From NCBI GenBank assembly GCA_902582695.1, contig CACHTH010000006.1:929-64928 (forward strand): a DNA stretch of 64,000 bases. The letters are read 5' to 3'. Numbering within the stretch: position 1 is the first letter of the stretch; each line of letters starts with the position of its first letter. This document shows positions 9,834 to 20,099 of the stretch, piece by piece. The stretch comes from an uncultured Candidatus Actinomarina sp. GTDB taxonomy: Bacteria > Actinomycetota > Acidimicrobiia > Actinomarinales > Actinomarinaceae. The position numbers were made by a program, and so were the translations under genes. Under the pieces are notes generated by a model. It was not told the origin of the DNA, made no database searches, and saw only the letters and a program-made list of their open reading frames with translations.

Positions 9834-10602
9834 ATTTTTCTTTAAAAAAATCAAAGGATAGTTTAGATTCATCAACTAACGCTAAAGATACACTATCTTT
9901 TCTTTTTCTATGAAAATGATACAGCTCTTTACTAAGTTGAATTGTTTTACCAGCTTTTAACCATAAATAAGATATAGCTAAAGCATCTGCGGCAAGTGGT
10001 ATAGAGTCATTTCTATAATATGATTGCATAACCTCGAGATATTTATTCTTAGAAACTATAAAATTTCCACAATTTAGAATCCAATAAATATTTTTATCTA
10101 CTGTTATTTTTTCATTATTTCTAATTGATGTTGAGACATCAGAAGAGTTAATAACTTTATCATCAAGACTCAGTCTCACAATATTTTTATTTGGAAATAA
10201 ATGATACTGGTAGTTCTGAAAAAATTGTTTTAAAGTTGCTGGATAATAAATTCTGCTTGAATCAAAATTATCAATGATTTTAGAAATAATCATATCTAAA
10301 TTTTTAGCTGCAATATTATCTGAGTCTATTTGATAAACGATTTCATTAGAACATTTTGAAATCACATCATACTTATTATTAAAAGCTCCCTGATTGCTCA
10401 AATTTTGAGAGTAGACAAAACTTATATGACTATTTTGATATTTGCTAATTATTTTTTTAATATTTTCATTCTCATTCAGATTATTTGAGTCATCAGAAAT
10501 AACTATTTCACTGATTAATTCTGTATTACTAATACTTTTTAACAAGATTGAAAGATATTTGCTCGAAAAATGAGTTGGTATGGCTAATGATATTTTGTTC
10601 AT
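9823..10602 (-). CDS. family 2 glycosyltransferase
   Basis: ISLAIPTHFSSKYLSILLKSI...VISDDSNN and a later QIDSDN (DxD-like) block. Confidence 0.6.
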   Translation of the reverse strand: MNKISLAIPTHFSSKYLSILLKSISNTELISEIVISDDSNNLNENENIKKIISKYQNSHISFVYSQNLSNQGAFNNKYDVISKCSNEIVYQIDSDNIAAKNLDMIISKIIDNFDSSRIYYPATLKQFFQNYQYHLFPNKNIVRLSLDDKVINSSDVSTSIRNNEKITVDKNIYWILNCGNFIVSKNKYLEVMQSYYRNDSIPLAADALAISYLWLKAGKTIQLSKELYHFHRKRKDSVSLALVDESKLSFDFFKEKFKF

Positions 10603-10677
10603 TATTTATCTAAACTAATTATATAAAATCTAATCTTTTTCGAACAAAAATTTTTTGTAATTGTATATTTAATTTAG

Positions 10678-11610
10678 ATGAATTTTATTTATTGTTTAGA
10701 TAAGAATTACAATACTCAAGCTTTAATGTCATTTTTAACTCTAAACAATGTGACCAGTGAAAAAATAAATATTTACATTGCCCATAATCAACCTTTAAGT
10801 TTAAGTAAAGATATCGAAAAATATAGATTTGCAAACTTAAATTTTAAATTTTTAGAAATCAAGAATAACTTTGATCTCCCAAATTTAAATAACTCTCATG
10901 TAACTGAAGCTACATATTATAGAATTTTTGCTATCAATCTTATTAAAGATGATATAGATCATGTTATTTACATAGACTCTGACATACTATTCAACAAAGA
11001 TCCTTATTCTACTTTTAAACAATACTTGAAAGATCTAAAAAAATCAGAGTATATCATCTGTGCTAACACTATTGGAGAATATGAGACTGATGAACTATCT
11101 ACGATAGAATATTTTGACTATATGGAAATGGATGATAAATACTTTAATGCAGGGGTGATAATTTATGATTTAAAAAAATACATCAATGATGGGATAGGAA
11201 ATAAGCTTGAAAAGCACTTAATTAATTTTGAAAAAGAAGCCAAGTATTGGGATCAAGATATTTTAAACACTTTTTTTAATGGAAATTATTTAGAATTGCC
11301 TAAAACTTTAAACAATAATGTTGTAGTTGAAGATATGGATGTGAAGATTGAAGAGGTTTTGGACAACATTACAATACATTTTGCTGGAAAAACTAAGCCA
11401 TGGCATGTTCAAGGTTTAAAGTACCCAATAGGATGCTTTTTTCAAGAACAGTACCGAAAATTATTTAATAAGAGTTATTTCATTAGCCCATTTAACAAAT
11501 CAAGACATCTAAAAGAAGTTTTGGAATTTATAAAGCAACGTAAACTTTACTGTGTCGATAATTATTTAAAATTTTTATTTATTTGTCTAAGTAAAGTTTT
11601 TAAATTCTAA
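10678..11610 (+). CDS. GT8-family glycosyltransferase (LPS glucosyl/galactosyltransferase-like)
   Basis: ATYYRIF, YIDSDILF (DxD), YFNAGVIIYDL and HFAGKTKPW blocks, typical of GT8. Confidence 0.75.
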   Translation: MNFIYCLDKNYNTQALMSFLTLNNVTSEKINIYIAHNQPLSLSKDIEKYRFANLNFKFLEIKNNFDLPNLNNSHVTEATYYRIFAINLIKDDIDHVIYIDSDILFNKDPYSTFKQYLKDLKKSEYIICANTIGEYETDELSTIEYFDYMEMDDKYFNAGVIIYDLKKYINDGIGNKLEKHLINFEKEAKYWDQDILNTFFNGNYLELPKTLNNNVVVEDMDVKIEEVLDNITIHFAGKTKPWHVQGLKYPIGCFFQEQYRKLFNKSYFISPFNKSRHLKEVLEFIKQRKLYCVDNYLKFLFICLSKVFKF

Positions 11611-12673
11611 ATTTATTTAATTTATCGCAAATTATTTTCAATTCATTAGTTTTTAAGCCTAATGATGAAGGAAGCCACAATATTTTATTATGAGTTGATT
11701 CTGAGAAGTCTAAATTCTTATTTTTATATTCTTTCAAAAATTTTTGTTTACTTAAAGCTGGATAGGAAAATCTAGTTTCTATATTATTTTTAATTAAGTA
11801 TTCATGCAATTTGTTCCTGACATTAAAATTTTTAGTTAAAACATCTAAAAACCATGGGACTTCATTTTCTTCAAATTCTTTTATAGTAAAAAAATCATTA
11901 TCAATATGTTTTTTATAGTATTGATAAATTTTTCTTTTTGTTTTTATATTTTCTTCCAACCTTGCAAGTTGTGATAGTCCAAGTGCAGCTTGTAAATCAG
12001 TAAATTTAAAATTTAGACCAAATCCGTCATGCCAATCAGACTTACCAGCTCTTCTGTTAAAAGATTTCAATTTTGTAATATTTTTAGCTAACTTTTGGTT
12101 ATTGGTCAAAATCATGCCACCTTGACCAGTTGTTATAATTTTGTGAGGAGTGAAAGAAAGGATACTTAAATCACCAAGATTTCCTGCATTAAAATTTTTA
12201 TACTTTGTACCAAGAGAATGAGCTGAGTCTTCAATCAATTTAATTTGATTTTTCTTGCACCACTTTTCAATCAGCTCTCCGTTACCAATCCTTCCATTAA
12301 GAGGAACGAAAATCGCTGCTTTGAGGTTTTTAATTTTTTTAAAATGATTTATAGACATACATAAATCTTCATCAACATCGACCAAAACAGGTTCTGCTCC
12401 AATCCATAAAATTGCATTAATTGTTGCGATCATGGTTATGTTTGGAACAGCTACTCTGTCTCCCTTTTTAATTCCTAAAGACATTAATGCTAAGTAAATT
12501 GCGATAGTACCGTTTGGTACTGCTATTGCATATTTCCTACCAAGATAATTTGAAATTTTATTTTCAAACTCATTTGTTAATTTATGTTCAGTAAGCCACC
12601 CTCCTGAGTTCATGTACTCAGATACTGCTTTGATATCGTTTTTAGTCACCTGGGGTTCAACTTGAAAAATCAT
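11600..12673 (-). CDS. DegT/DnrJ/EryC1/StrS-family sugar aminotransferase
   Basis: The PLP-lysine motif is retained in SFTPHKIITTGQGGMILT. 357 aa. Confidence 0.8.
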   Translation of the reverse strand: MIFQVEPQVTKNDIKAVSEYMNSGGWLTEHKLTNEFENKISNYLGRKYAIAVPNGTIAIYLALMSLGIKKGDRVAVPNITMIATINAILWIGAEPVLVDVDEDLCMSINHFKKIKNLKAAIFVPLNGRIGNGELIEKWCKKNQIKLIEDSAHSLGTKYKNFNAGNLGDLSILSFTPHKIITTGQGGMILTNNQKLAKNITKLKSFNRRAGKSDWHDGFGLNFKFTDLQAALGLSQLARLEENIKTKRKIYQYYKKHIDNDFFTIKEFEENEVPWFLDVLTKNFNVRNKLHEYLIKNNIETRFSYPALSKQKFLKEYKNKNLDFSESTHNKILWLPSSLGLKTNELKIICDKLNKFRI

Positions 12674-13074
12674 TTCTTTTCTATTCTTGTCCTATCTTTC
12701 TCTGGTCCAAAATAAGGACCATTTTTGACCTCTAAAACGATTGTGTCTTCTAAAATTTTTGACTCATGAGCTTGACTTAAATTAATAATAAATTCACCTT
12801 CATTGACAATTATTGTTTCAATAAATTCTCCATCCTCAGAATGTAAATTACATTCAATTTTACCTTTAAAAACAAATACGCACTCAGAAGTTCTTAAAGC
12901 CGATCTTTCAAATTCATTGTGGTAGTGCAAGGGTAAAACTTGTCCTTTTTTGTAATTCCAAGTTCCAACTTGTACAAAATCATTATCTTCGCTAAGAAAA
13001 TCTAAGCCTTCTTTTGCGTCTTCAAGGTTTGCAACTATACAAATTATTTCGTTATTATGTAATATTTTTCTCAT
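12670..13074 (-). CDS. small cupin-fold protein (WbuC/sugar ketoisomerase-like)
   Basis: 134 aa with a cupin His motif (LPLHYHNEFE). Its start overlaps the stop of the downstream aminotransferase by 4 nt. Confidence 0.5.
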   Translation of the reverse strand: MRKILHNNEIICIVANLEDAKEGLDFLSEDNDFVQVGTWNYKKGQVLPLHYHNEFERSALRTSECVFVFKGKIECNLHSEDGEFIETIIVNEGEFIINLSQAHESKILEDTIVLEVKNGPYFGPEKDRTRIEKK

Positions 13075-13990
13075 TTTCTATAAACCATTCTACTGTTAGC
13101 TTGATTCCTTCGTCTATTGTAGTTTTTGGTGACCAATTAAGTATTGCATCTCCTAATTTTGGATTTACTTTTTTTTCTAATACACCATCGGGTTTTGAAG
13201 TATCGAGTTTAAATTCCCCATCCCATTCAAATTCCCTAGCTATTTTATTAGCTATTTCAATCACAGAATAACCCTGTCCAGAACCAACGTTAAAAAAATG
13301 ATGTCCTGGTTCTAGTTCAAGAGCTCGAATTAAAGATTCTGCTCCATCTTGAACATAGAGCCATTCTCTAATCGGCTTTCCTGTTCCCCAAATTTCTATA
13401 AAGCCAATATTATTTTTCTTTGCATTATGGATTTTTAATATCAAAGCACCTAAAGCATGTGATCTTTCAATTTCAAAATGATCTAAAGGGCCGTACATGT
13501 TTGACATGACGATATTTGATGACGAAAAATTAAATTGTTTATAATAAGCTTCTCCTAAACCTACAAAAAGCCTTTTAGAAAGTCCATAATTAAATACAGA
13601 TTCATGTATTTTTCCATCCCAAAATTTACTTTCTTCATACTCTTTGTATTTTTCAGGGTAAGCACAATTTGAAATAGGATTTATTAACATACTCACATTT
13701 GTATCTTTTGATGCTTTGTAAAGATTTATTGCCATTTGAGAATTTATGCTAAGTAAGTCAGCTTGGTATTTATAGCCATATGAAATACCTCCTACAAAAG
13801 CTGCACAATTTATAATTTTATTAATGTCATTTTTTATTAAATATTTACAAAATAAATCATAATCCAGGATATCTATATCTTCAGAATTGCGAATTTCAAA
13901 AAAATTATTTTTTTTTGATTCCTTTAGAATACTTTTAACATTTTTACCTAAAAAACCATCTGAACCGATTAATAATACATTTTTTGACAT
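13055..13990 (-). CDS. NAD-dependent epimerase/reductase, GDP-fucose-synthase-like
   Basis: VLLIGSDGFLGKNV Rossmann motif, YGLSKR (YxxxK), and DTSKPDG near the C-terminus as in Fcl-type enzymes. Lies immediately downstream of gmd. Confidence 0.65.
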   Translation of the reverse strand: MSKNVLLIGSDGFLGKNVKSILKESKKNNFFEIRNSEDIDILDYDLFCKYLIKNDINKIINCAAFVGGISYGYKYQADLLSINSQMAINLYKASKDTNVSMLINPISNCAYPEKYKEYEESKFWDGKIHESVFNYGLSKRLFVGLGEAYYKQFNFSSSNIVMSNMYGPLDHFEIERSHALGALILKIHNAKKNNIGFIEIWGTGKPIREWLYVQDGAESLIRALELEPGHHFFNVGSGQGYSVIEIANKIAREFEWDGEFKLDTSKPDGVLEKKVNPKLGDAILNWSPKTTIDEGIKLTVEWFIENEKNIT

Positions 13991-13994
13991 TTAA

Positions 13995-15026
13995 CTAAAC
14001 CGTTGGATGCTCCCAAGTTGGTTTTAAAAGGTTATTCTTTACTAGCGTGAGTTCTTTTTCAGCTTCATTTAAATCATTTTCAATCATCATCTTTACTAAC
14101 TCTTTAAAACTTGTTTTTGGTTCCCATTTTAAAGTTTTTTTAATTTTTGATGGATCTCCAAGTAAATAATCTACTTCGTTGGGTCTAAAGTATTTTTCAG
14201 AAGTTTCTACGTATTGATTCCAATCTAAATCTACAGTATTGAATGCCTCTACTAAAAAATCTTCAACAGTATAGGTCTCTCCTGTAGCGACAACCCAATC
14301 ATCAGGCTTATCATGTTGCATCATTAACCACATTGCTTCTACATAATCACCAGCAAATCCCCAATCTCTAGATGCTTTTAAATTGCCTAAAGTTAGTTTT
14401 CCTTGCAAACCGTGGTGAATCCTGCCAATAGCTTTTGTTATCTTTCTGGTAACGAAAGTTTCTCCTCTTCTAGGAGATTCGTGGTTGAACAATATTCCAT
14501 TTACACCAAAAATATCGTAAGATTCGCGATAAATTTTATTGATTTCATGAGCAAAAACTTTTGATGAGGCATATGGACTTTTAGGTAATAAAGGCGAATT
14601 TTCATTGAGACTGACTTCACCTTCTCCACCATACATTTCAGAACTAGAAGCTTGGTAATATTTTATTTTCTTATCAGCATTTTTTATTGTTTCTAGAAGA
14701 GCAAGTGGCCCTATAGTGCTTGTCTGTGTTGTGTAGAGTGGATTTTTAAATGATACAGCTACATGCGACTGTGCACCTAAATTATAAATTTCGTCAGGTT
14801 GTATCTGCGTCACTAAATTAGATAATGAAGCTGAGTCTAAGAGGTCTGCATAATGTAAATTCAACTTATTTGTGTTTGAGTATTCTGAAATAATATTATC
14901 AATTCTGTATGTATTGATTAATGATGATCTTCTGATTGTCCCATGGACTTCATAGCCTTTACTCAACAAGAGTTCGGCTAAGTATGAGCCGTCCTGGCCA
15001 GTTATACCAGTGATTAGAGCTTTCAT
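13995..15026 (-). CDS. gmd: GDP-mannose 4,6-dehydratase
   Basis: MKALITGITGQDGSYLAELLLSKGYEVHG, SSSEMYG, YASSK and LFNHESPRRG are the canonical Gmd blocks. Confidence 0.9.
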   Translation of the reverse strand: MKALITGITGQDGSYLAELLLSKGYEVHGTIRRSSLINTYRIDNIISEYSNTNKLNLHYADLLDSASLSNLVTQIQPDEIYNLGAQSHVAVSFKNPLYTTQTSTIGPLALLETIKNADKKIKYYQASSSEMYGGEGEVSLNENSPLLPKSPYASSKVFAHEINKIYRESYDIFGVNGILFNHESPRRGETFVTRKITKAIGRIHHGLQGKLTLGNLKASRDWGFAGDYVEAMWLMMQHDKPDDWVVATGETYTVEDFLVEAFNTVDLDWNQYVETSEKYFRPNEVDYLLGDPSKIKKTLKWEPKTSFKELVKMMIENDLNEAEKELTLVKNNLLKPTWEHPTV

Positions 15027-15070
15027 TTAAAATAGTATAGTTAGAAATGACAACTTAATTTATTTTATTT

Positions 15071-16087
15071 CTAAATTTGAGTAGATAGTTTATTTTTCAA
15101 TTTATAAATTATCCTAAAATACCCGTTTCTTATTTTAAATAGTTTCATCTTCAAGGTATTTTTTATAGCCAGATAATTAAATATTTTTTTATCAATAGTT
15201 TTAGTTACTGTGTTCTTAATATCATCATTTTTTTTAAATATTTCATTTTTCCAATAATTAAAATCAATAATATCTAACGTTTGTACCTGTAATGTCTCTA
15301 AAAAATTTTCTAAAGATTTTTCAGATATTTTATAAAAATCATCAACAAACATAATGGGTAAATTTTTAAATTGATCAAACCCAATATGGTCTTCAACAAT
15401 TGGTATCGAGCCACAGTACAGGCTTTCCCAAATTCTATGAGTATCGATACCATTTCCCTGTGGACATAGTACAAAATTGCTAATTCTTAAATCATTCTCA
15501 TATTCAAATATTTCATTTTTTTTATATAAAATTTTTGCCCACTTGAATTGTGAAAAGTAATTTTTAAGTCCACTTCTATGCCTAATATTTGTGTTATCTT
15601 CAAAGCTTAGATATAGTAAATTCTCTTTTCTTTTTGTAAAATTATTTATATCAATATTGACTACGTTATCATCAAGATCTAAATTTTTGTCATAACCATT
15701 AGACAAGCCTAAAGGAATTGATATAAGTTGGGAATCTGTACAATCAACATTTATGGAATACCATCTAATAAATTGTGTTGGTAATTTTTTTAAAATTTTT
15801 TTTGATATTTTATCATCTGTTTGTGAAGTAATTAGAGTTAGATTTTTTAAATTTTCATCTTTAATATGATGAAAAAGTAATTCTATTGAACTATTTACAC
15901 AAAACACGGTATCACCATCGCTGATATTCAATTGGTTCCTTTGATAACATACATGTGAATTGTTGGAGTATATTATCTCAATATTTTGGGGATTTATTTC
16001 TTGAAATTGTTTATTTGTCAAAACTTCAGAAAATACATAGTCTGACATTCTTGCAAATTTATAACCATTTATATATTCTATTTTCAA
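15071..16087 (-). CDS. exostosin-like (GT47-like) glycosyltransferase
   Basis: C-terminal FVLCPQGNGIDTHRIWESLYCGSIPIV resembles the exostosin-domain motif. Confidence 0.45.
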   Translation of the reverse strand: MKIEYINGYKFARMSDYVFSEVLTNKQFQEINPQNIEIIYSNNSHVCYQRNQLNISDGDTVFCVNSSIELLFHHIKDENLKNLTLITSQTDDKISKKILKKLPTQFIRWYSINVDCTDSQLISIPLGLSNGYDKNLDLDDNVVNIDINNFTKRKENLLYLSFEDNTNIRHRSGLKNYFSQFKWAKILYKKNEIFEYENDLRISNFVLCPQGNGIDTHRIWESLYCGSIPIVEDHIGFDQFKNLPIMFVDDFYKISEKSLENFLETLQVQTLDIIDFNYWKNEIFKKNDDIKNTVTKTIDKKIFNYLAIKNTLKMKLFKIRNGYFRIIYKLKNKLSTQI

Positions 16088-16151
16088 TTTTTATACACCA
16101 ATTTAAAACTATATTTATTTAGTATATAAAGGTATTAAAAAAGGAAAAAAA

Positions 16152-17069
16152 ATTAAAATTCTTATTTTTGGCTCTAATGGATTAGTGGGTTCAAACCTAG
16201 TTAAAAATTTGTCAAATTCTAACTCTGTTTCTGAAATTATTGGTTCAAATAGAAAAGATACAAATCTTTTTTCTTTAGATGAAACCACAAAAACTATAAA
16301 AGATGTAAATCCAGATTTGATTATAAATGCAGCAGCAAAAGTTGGTGGAATATTAGCAAATAATACTTTCCGAACTGAATTTATACTTGAAAACTTAAAA
16401 ATTAATATCAATATTCTTGAAGCATTAATTAACTTTCCCTCAATTAAATTAATTAATTTAGGAAGTAGTTGTATTTACCCATTAAATGCATCTATTCCTA
16501 CTGCAGAGGAAAGTCTAATGAATGGAAAGCTAGAACCTACTAATTCTCCTTACGCGATGGCAAAAATTGCCGCGATTGAAATGGGTAATGCACTCAAGTC
16601 ACAATACGGACACAAAATAATTAACCTTATGCCAACAAATTTATACGGACCAAATGATAATTTTGATTTAAATAGTAGCCATGTAATACCTGGCCTTATC
16701 GTAAAATTTTACAATGCAATAAAAAACGGGAGTGAGAATATTGAAATTTGGGGAACAGGTGAACCAAAAAGGGAATTTTTATATGTTGATGATTTAAGTA
16801 ATGCTGTAGACTTTCTCCTTGAAAAAGAATGGGAAGATGACTTATTAAATGTAGGTAGCGGTGAAGAAATTTCGATTAAAGAATTGTCCTATCTTTTAAA
16901 GGAAATAACTAAGTTTGATGGTGATATTATTTTCGATGCTACAAAACCAGATGGAAATCCAAGAAAATTGTTAGATTCTGGCAAAATAAATTCTCTTGGT
17001 TGGGAATCTTCAACTTCTTTATCATCAGGATTACAAAAAACATTTGAATGGTACAAAAAAAATAATTAA
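16152..17069 (+). CDS. fcl: GDP-L-fucose synthase (start upstream of the track GTG, probably ATT)
   Basis: AAAKVGGILANNTFRTEFILEN, GSSCIYP, EPTNSPYAMAKIA, MPTNLYGPNDNF and KPDGNPRKLLD are near-canonical Fcl blocks. The Rossmann loop KILIFGSNGLVGS lies upstream of the track start. AAGGA lies at 16141-16145, 6 nt before ATT at 16152. Confidence 0.8.
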   Translation: MKILIFGSNGLVGSNLVKNLSNSNSVSEIIGSNRKDTNLFSLDETTKTIKDVNPDLIINAAAKVGGILANNTFRTEFILENLKININILEALINFPSIKLINLGSSCIYPLNASIPTAEESLMNGKLEPTNSPYAMAKIAAIEMGNALKSQYGHKIINLMPTNLYGPNDNFDLNSSHVIPGLIVKFYNAIKNGSENIEIWGTGEPKREFLYVDDLSNAVDFLLEKEWEDDLLNVGSGEEISIKELSYLLKEITKFDGDIIFDATKPDGNPRKLLDSGKINSLGWESSTSLSSGLQKTFEWYKKNN

Positions 17070-17070
17070 G

Positions 17071-18372
17071 TTACTTTTTATATGAAAGAAACGCTCCAAC
17101 AAAAAAGTAATAATTTAAAGGAAATTGAACACCCTCCATTGAAATGTCAAAAAACGAAGCTACTAAAAGTGGAATTATTAAATTAGCTAACCTATAGTTT
17201 CCATTTATAGATTTCCATTCTCTTACAAAAGTTGTGTGTAGCGTTACAAACAAAATTAATAATATTAGGCCACCTCTAGCAAAAATATTCAAGAAATAAT
17301 TATGAATATTTTCGTTCATTCCATCTCTGCCCATTCTTCCAGGCTCAGAAGGATCAGTCATAACACTAAGTATTTCGTTATATCCATAACCAAATAAATT
17401 CTTATTTGAAATATTCATATCGGATAATAGATCTTGCCAAATATCTAAACGCCAATTTAAAGTTCCATCAGTGGACTTTAAAACATTGTCTTCGAAATAT
17501 AATGAAAAAACAACCCCTACTGTGTTTCTTCTTTCTATTAAATCAAGTAAGTTTTCTTGAATCACTTCTGTTTGTCTTTTGTCCAGTTCCTCATTTATTA
17601 ATGGATTAGATTTCTCAAAATTTAAATTTCCGTAAATATTAAAAGTTGAAAAAACAAAAATAAGTATAGACACAAGCCCTAACACAAAAGTTCTTGGCAA
17701 GTTGCTTATAAATTGTTTTCTATGAGTAAATAATTCCATTACAAAAAATAGAACAATAGCAACAAATGAACCTCTACTTAAATATAATAAAAGTGGAATA
17801 AAAGCTGGAATAATCAAAAAAAGGTACAAATCATTCCTTTTTTCATCAAATCCTGTTTGATAAAAAACTATTATAAGAACCCCCATTAAAACATCTGATG
17901 CCTTTATAAATTGAAATTTGTCAGAATTCTCTATAAAGAAATTAGTTAAAAAATCAGGGTATAAACCTGATCCCAAAAAATAAATAATTGGAAGCATTAG
18001 TGGAAGCCATTTTTTAATTTTTTGAATATATACATTTTGGTGAGGTAAGTTCAATCCAAGATAAAAAAAGGAAGTCATAGCAATAAATGATGAGGCTTTA
18101 TAGGTATAAGTATTAGTAATATTTGCTTGTGTAAATATAAGTTGAAGTAAATAGTAAATTAAAATTGCAGAAATTATTTTTAAACTAAATAAGCTATGAG
18201 TTTTAGAACTATAAAGAACCAAGAAAAATAAATATACAAAACCAAAAAGTACGATGTACTCACCCAATAAGTGGTTAAAAAAACCTAAGCCAACAAAAGA
18301 CCTAGTAAATAAAATGTTTAATATTAAAAATAGAAAAATTGGTAGATATATATTTGTTTTAAGTTTTTGCAT
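17071..18372 (-). CDS. polytopic membrane protein, O-antigen polymerase/ligase (Wzy/WaaL)-like
   Basis: At least 10 hydrophobic segments, a LSRGSFVAIVLFF block typical of the Wzy_C domain, and a large loop after it. Confidence 0.55.
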   Translation of the reverse strand: MQKLKTNIYLPIFLFLILNILFTRSFVGLGFFNHLLGEYIVLFGFVYLFFLVLYSSKTHSLFSLKIISAILIYYLLQLIFTQANITNTYTYKASSFIAMTSFFYLGLNLPHQNVYIQKIKKWLPLMLPIIYFLGSGLYPDFLTNFFIENSDKFQFIKASDVLMGVLIIVFYQTGFDEKRNDLYLFLIIPAFIPLLLYLSRGSFVAIVLFFVMELFTHRKQFISNLPRTFVLGLVSILIFVFSTFNIYGNLNFEKSNPLINEELDKRQTEVIQENLLDLIERRNTVGVVFSLYFEDNVLKSTDGTLNWRLDIWQDLLSDMNISNKNLFGYGYNEILSVMTDPSEPGRMGRDGMNENIHNYFLNIFARGGLILLILFVTLHTTFVREWKSINGNYRLANLIIPLLVASFFDISMEGVQFPLNYYFFVGAFLSYKK

Positions 18373-19414
18373 TTATTTTGATATATATGAACTTTAGTAC
18401 TTTGTAATAAAATAATACAATTTGAAACAATTGAATTCGGAAATTTTCAAAATTGATAGTTTTTTTTGTTTTTTCTTTAGTTAGTTTATAAAAAAGATCT
18501 AAGAATTGTTTATTTGTTGATTCTGAACTTAATGAATAGTTTTGTACTTTATCAAAATATTTATCATAATTTTCAACCATATATAAGAGTTTTTCATGAA
18601 AATTATATTCTTCAAACATCAATCCGTAATCAATACAATATTCAACTATTCCTCCACTGTTTATAAACATAAGTGGTAATCCACATTGAGCCGCCTCAAT
18701 ATGATGATTTCCAGATGGTTCATTTAAAGATGCTGTTAAATACAGATGGTGTGACTTTAATTCTTCAGATAAATCTAATCCAGACAATGGTTTTAAATAA
18801 TTTGAATTTTTAAATTTAAAATTTTCTGGTAAATTTCCAATATATGTAAATTCAAAATTTTTTTGCTCACTAATTAATTCGTCTAATTCACTATATATTT
18901 TAAATCCCTTATTCCAATCATTGCCCCAATGGTGTGTCACTATTTTAAGTTTTTCGAGTTTATTCCATCTGATTTTTCCTATATTATTAAATATTGTTTT
19001 ATCTGCACCACTTAAAATAACTGATGAACTATCCAACCCGATATTATTATTTGAGTGAATTTTTTTAAGCCATTGACTTACAAAAACTGTATGATCTGAG
19101 ACAATATTTGCTCTTTTTAATAACTTATTCATATAATTTGTATTTTTTCTTTCATCACACTCATTAATTCTATGAATTACCATTACATTAGGATTAACTA
19201 GTTTTTTGTAATAATAAACTTCCCTGTAAGTATATGATGAAGAAAAAGATGAAAGTCTTGGTTCGGTAAGGATTATAATATCTATATTTCTATCACGAAG
19301 ATTGTTTGTTACTGAAATACCTTTTTCAATTAAATACTTACTTAAGTTTATCCTAAAATTATTTCCTCCTCCCCAAGGACCATCAATCTCTTTATATCCA
19401 ATGCTTACTTTCAT
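18359..19414 (-). CDS. GT4-family (GT-B) glycosyltransferase
   Basis: C-terminal EPSGNHHIEAAQCGLPL matches the E-x7-E type GT4 motif. Confidence 0.6.
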   Translation of the reverse strand: MKVSIGYKEIDGPWGGGNNFRINLSKYLIEKGISVTNNLRDRNIDIIILTEPRLSSFSSSYTYREVYYYKKLVNPNVMVIHRINECDERKNTNYMNKLLKRANIVSDHTVFVSQWLKKIHSNNNIGLDSSSVILSGADKTIFNNIGKIRWNKLEKLKIVTHHWGNDWNKGFKIYSELDELISEQKNFEFTYIGNLPENFKFKNSNYLKPLSGLDLSEELKSHHLYLTASLNEPSGNHHIEAAQCGLPLMFINSGGIVEYCIDYGLMFEEYNFHEKLLYMVENYDKYFDKVQNYSLSSESTNKQFLDLFYKLTKEKTKKTINFENFRIQLFQIVLFYYKVLKFIYIKINAKT

Positions 19415-19421
19415 TTCTAAA

Positions 19422-20099
19422 TCATTTATTTTCTTTTAACGCTTTATCAAAATAGCTTTTCTGAATTTCTTTTTGGTTGGTTGATATATTATTTGAAGTA
19501 TTCAACATATATAGTGGTTCCTTTATTTCATAAATTTTTTCGTTCTTTTTAATAATATCTAAATATAATTTGAAATCTTGAGAGTAAAGATAGTCTTCAT
19601 CATAATTTCCAATATCTTTTAGTAGTGTTTTTTCAATTGATAAAGTCCCATGAATGTATGGGTTTTTAAATTTCATTGTTAATTTTTTTGGGAACCATGA
19701 GCTAATTCCAGGAATTTTTTTTTGAGTCTGAATATTGAAAGCTCTTGTTGTGCATACTTTAAATGGTGTATTCTCTAAAATTTTTAATTGCTTTATAAAT
19801 CTAGATGGAAGGCTATAGTCATCAGAATCTTGACGAAAAATATACATACCAGTAGATTGTTCAATTAAAAAATTTAAAGATTTGGTCAACCCAATATTTT
19901 TATCATTTGAATATATTTTTACTCTGGCGTCGTGTTTGAATTTGTTTAGTATTTTGGGAGTGGAATCACTTGAGAAATCATCTAAGACTAGTAGCTCAAA
20001 TTCTTTGTATGTTTGAGATAAAATACTGTTTATAGAGTTCTCTATATTTGCTTCATCGTTAAAAACTGACATTATTACGCTTATTTTTTTGTCACTCAT
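19422..20099 (-). CDS. family 2 glycosyltransferase
   Basis: ISVIMSVFNDEANIENSINSILSQTYKEFELLVLDDFSSD plus RQDSDD (DxD). Confidence 0.75.
   Translation of the reverse strand: MSDKKISVIMSVFNDEANIENSINSILSQTYKEFELLVLDDFSSDSTPKILNKFKHDARVKIYSNDKNIGLTKSLNFLIEQSTGMYIFRQDSDDYSLPSRFIKQLKILENTPFKVCTTRAFNIQTQKKIPGISSWFPKKLTMKFKNPYIHGTLSIEKTLLKDIGNYDEDYLYSQDFKLYLDIIKKNEKIYEIKEPLYMLNTSNNISTNQKEIQKSYFDKALKENK

Noticed and set aside
16115-16411. 98-aa minus-strand ORF
   Set aside because: It lies antisense to the strongly conserved fcl coding sequence and has a low-complexity hydrophobic translation.
19716-19724. T9 homopolymer inside a GT2 gene (a similar run lies near 6411-6420) as slipped-strand phase-variation switches
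   Set aside because: A/T runs of this length are common throughout this AT-rich window, and there is no evidence of frame-shifted alleles.
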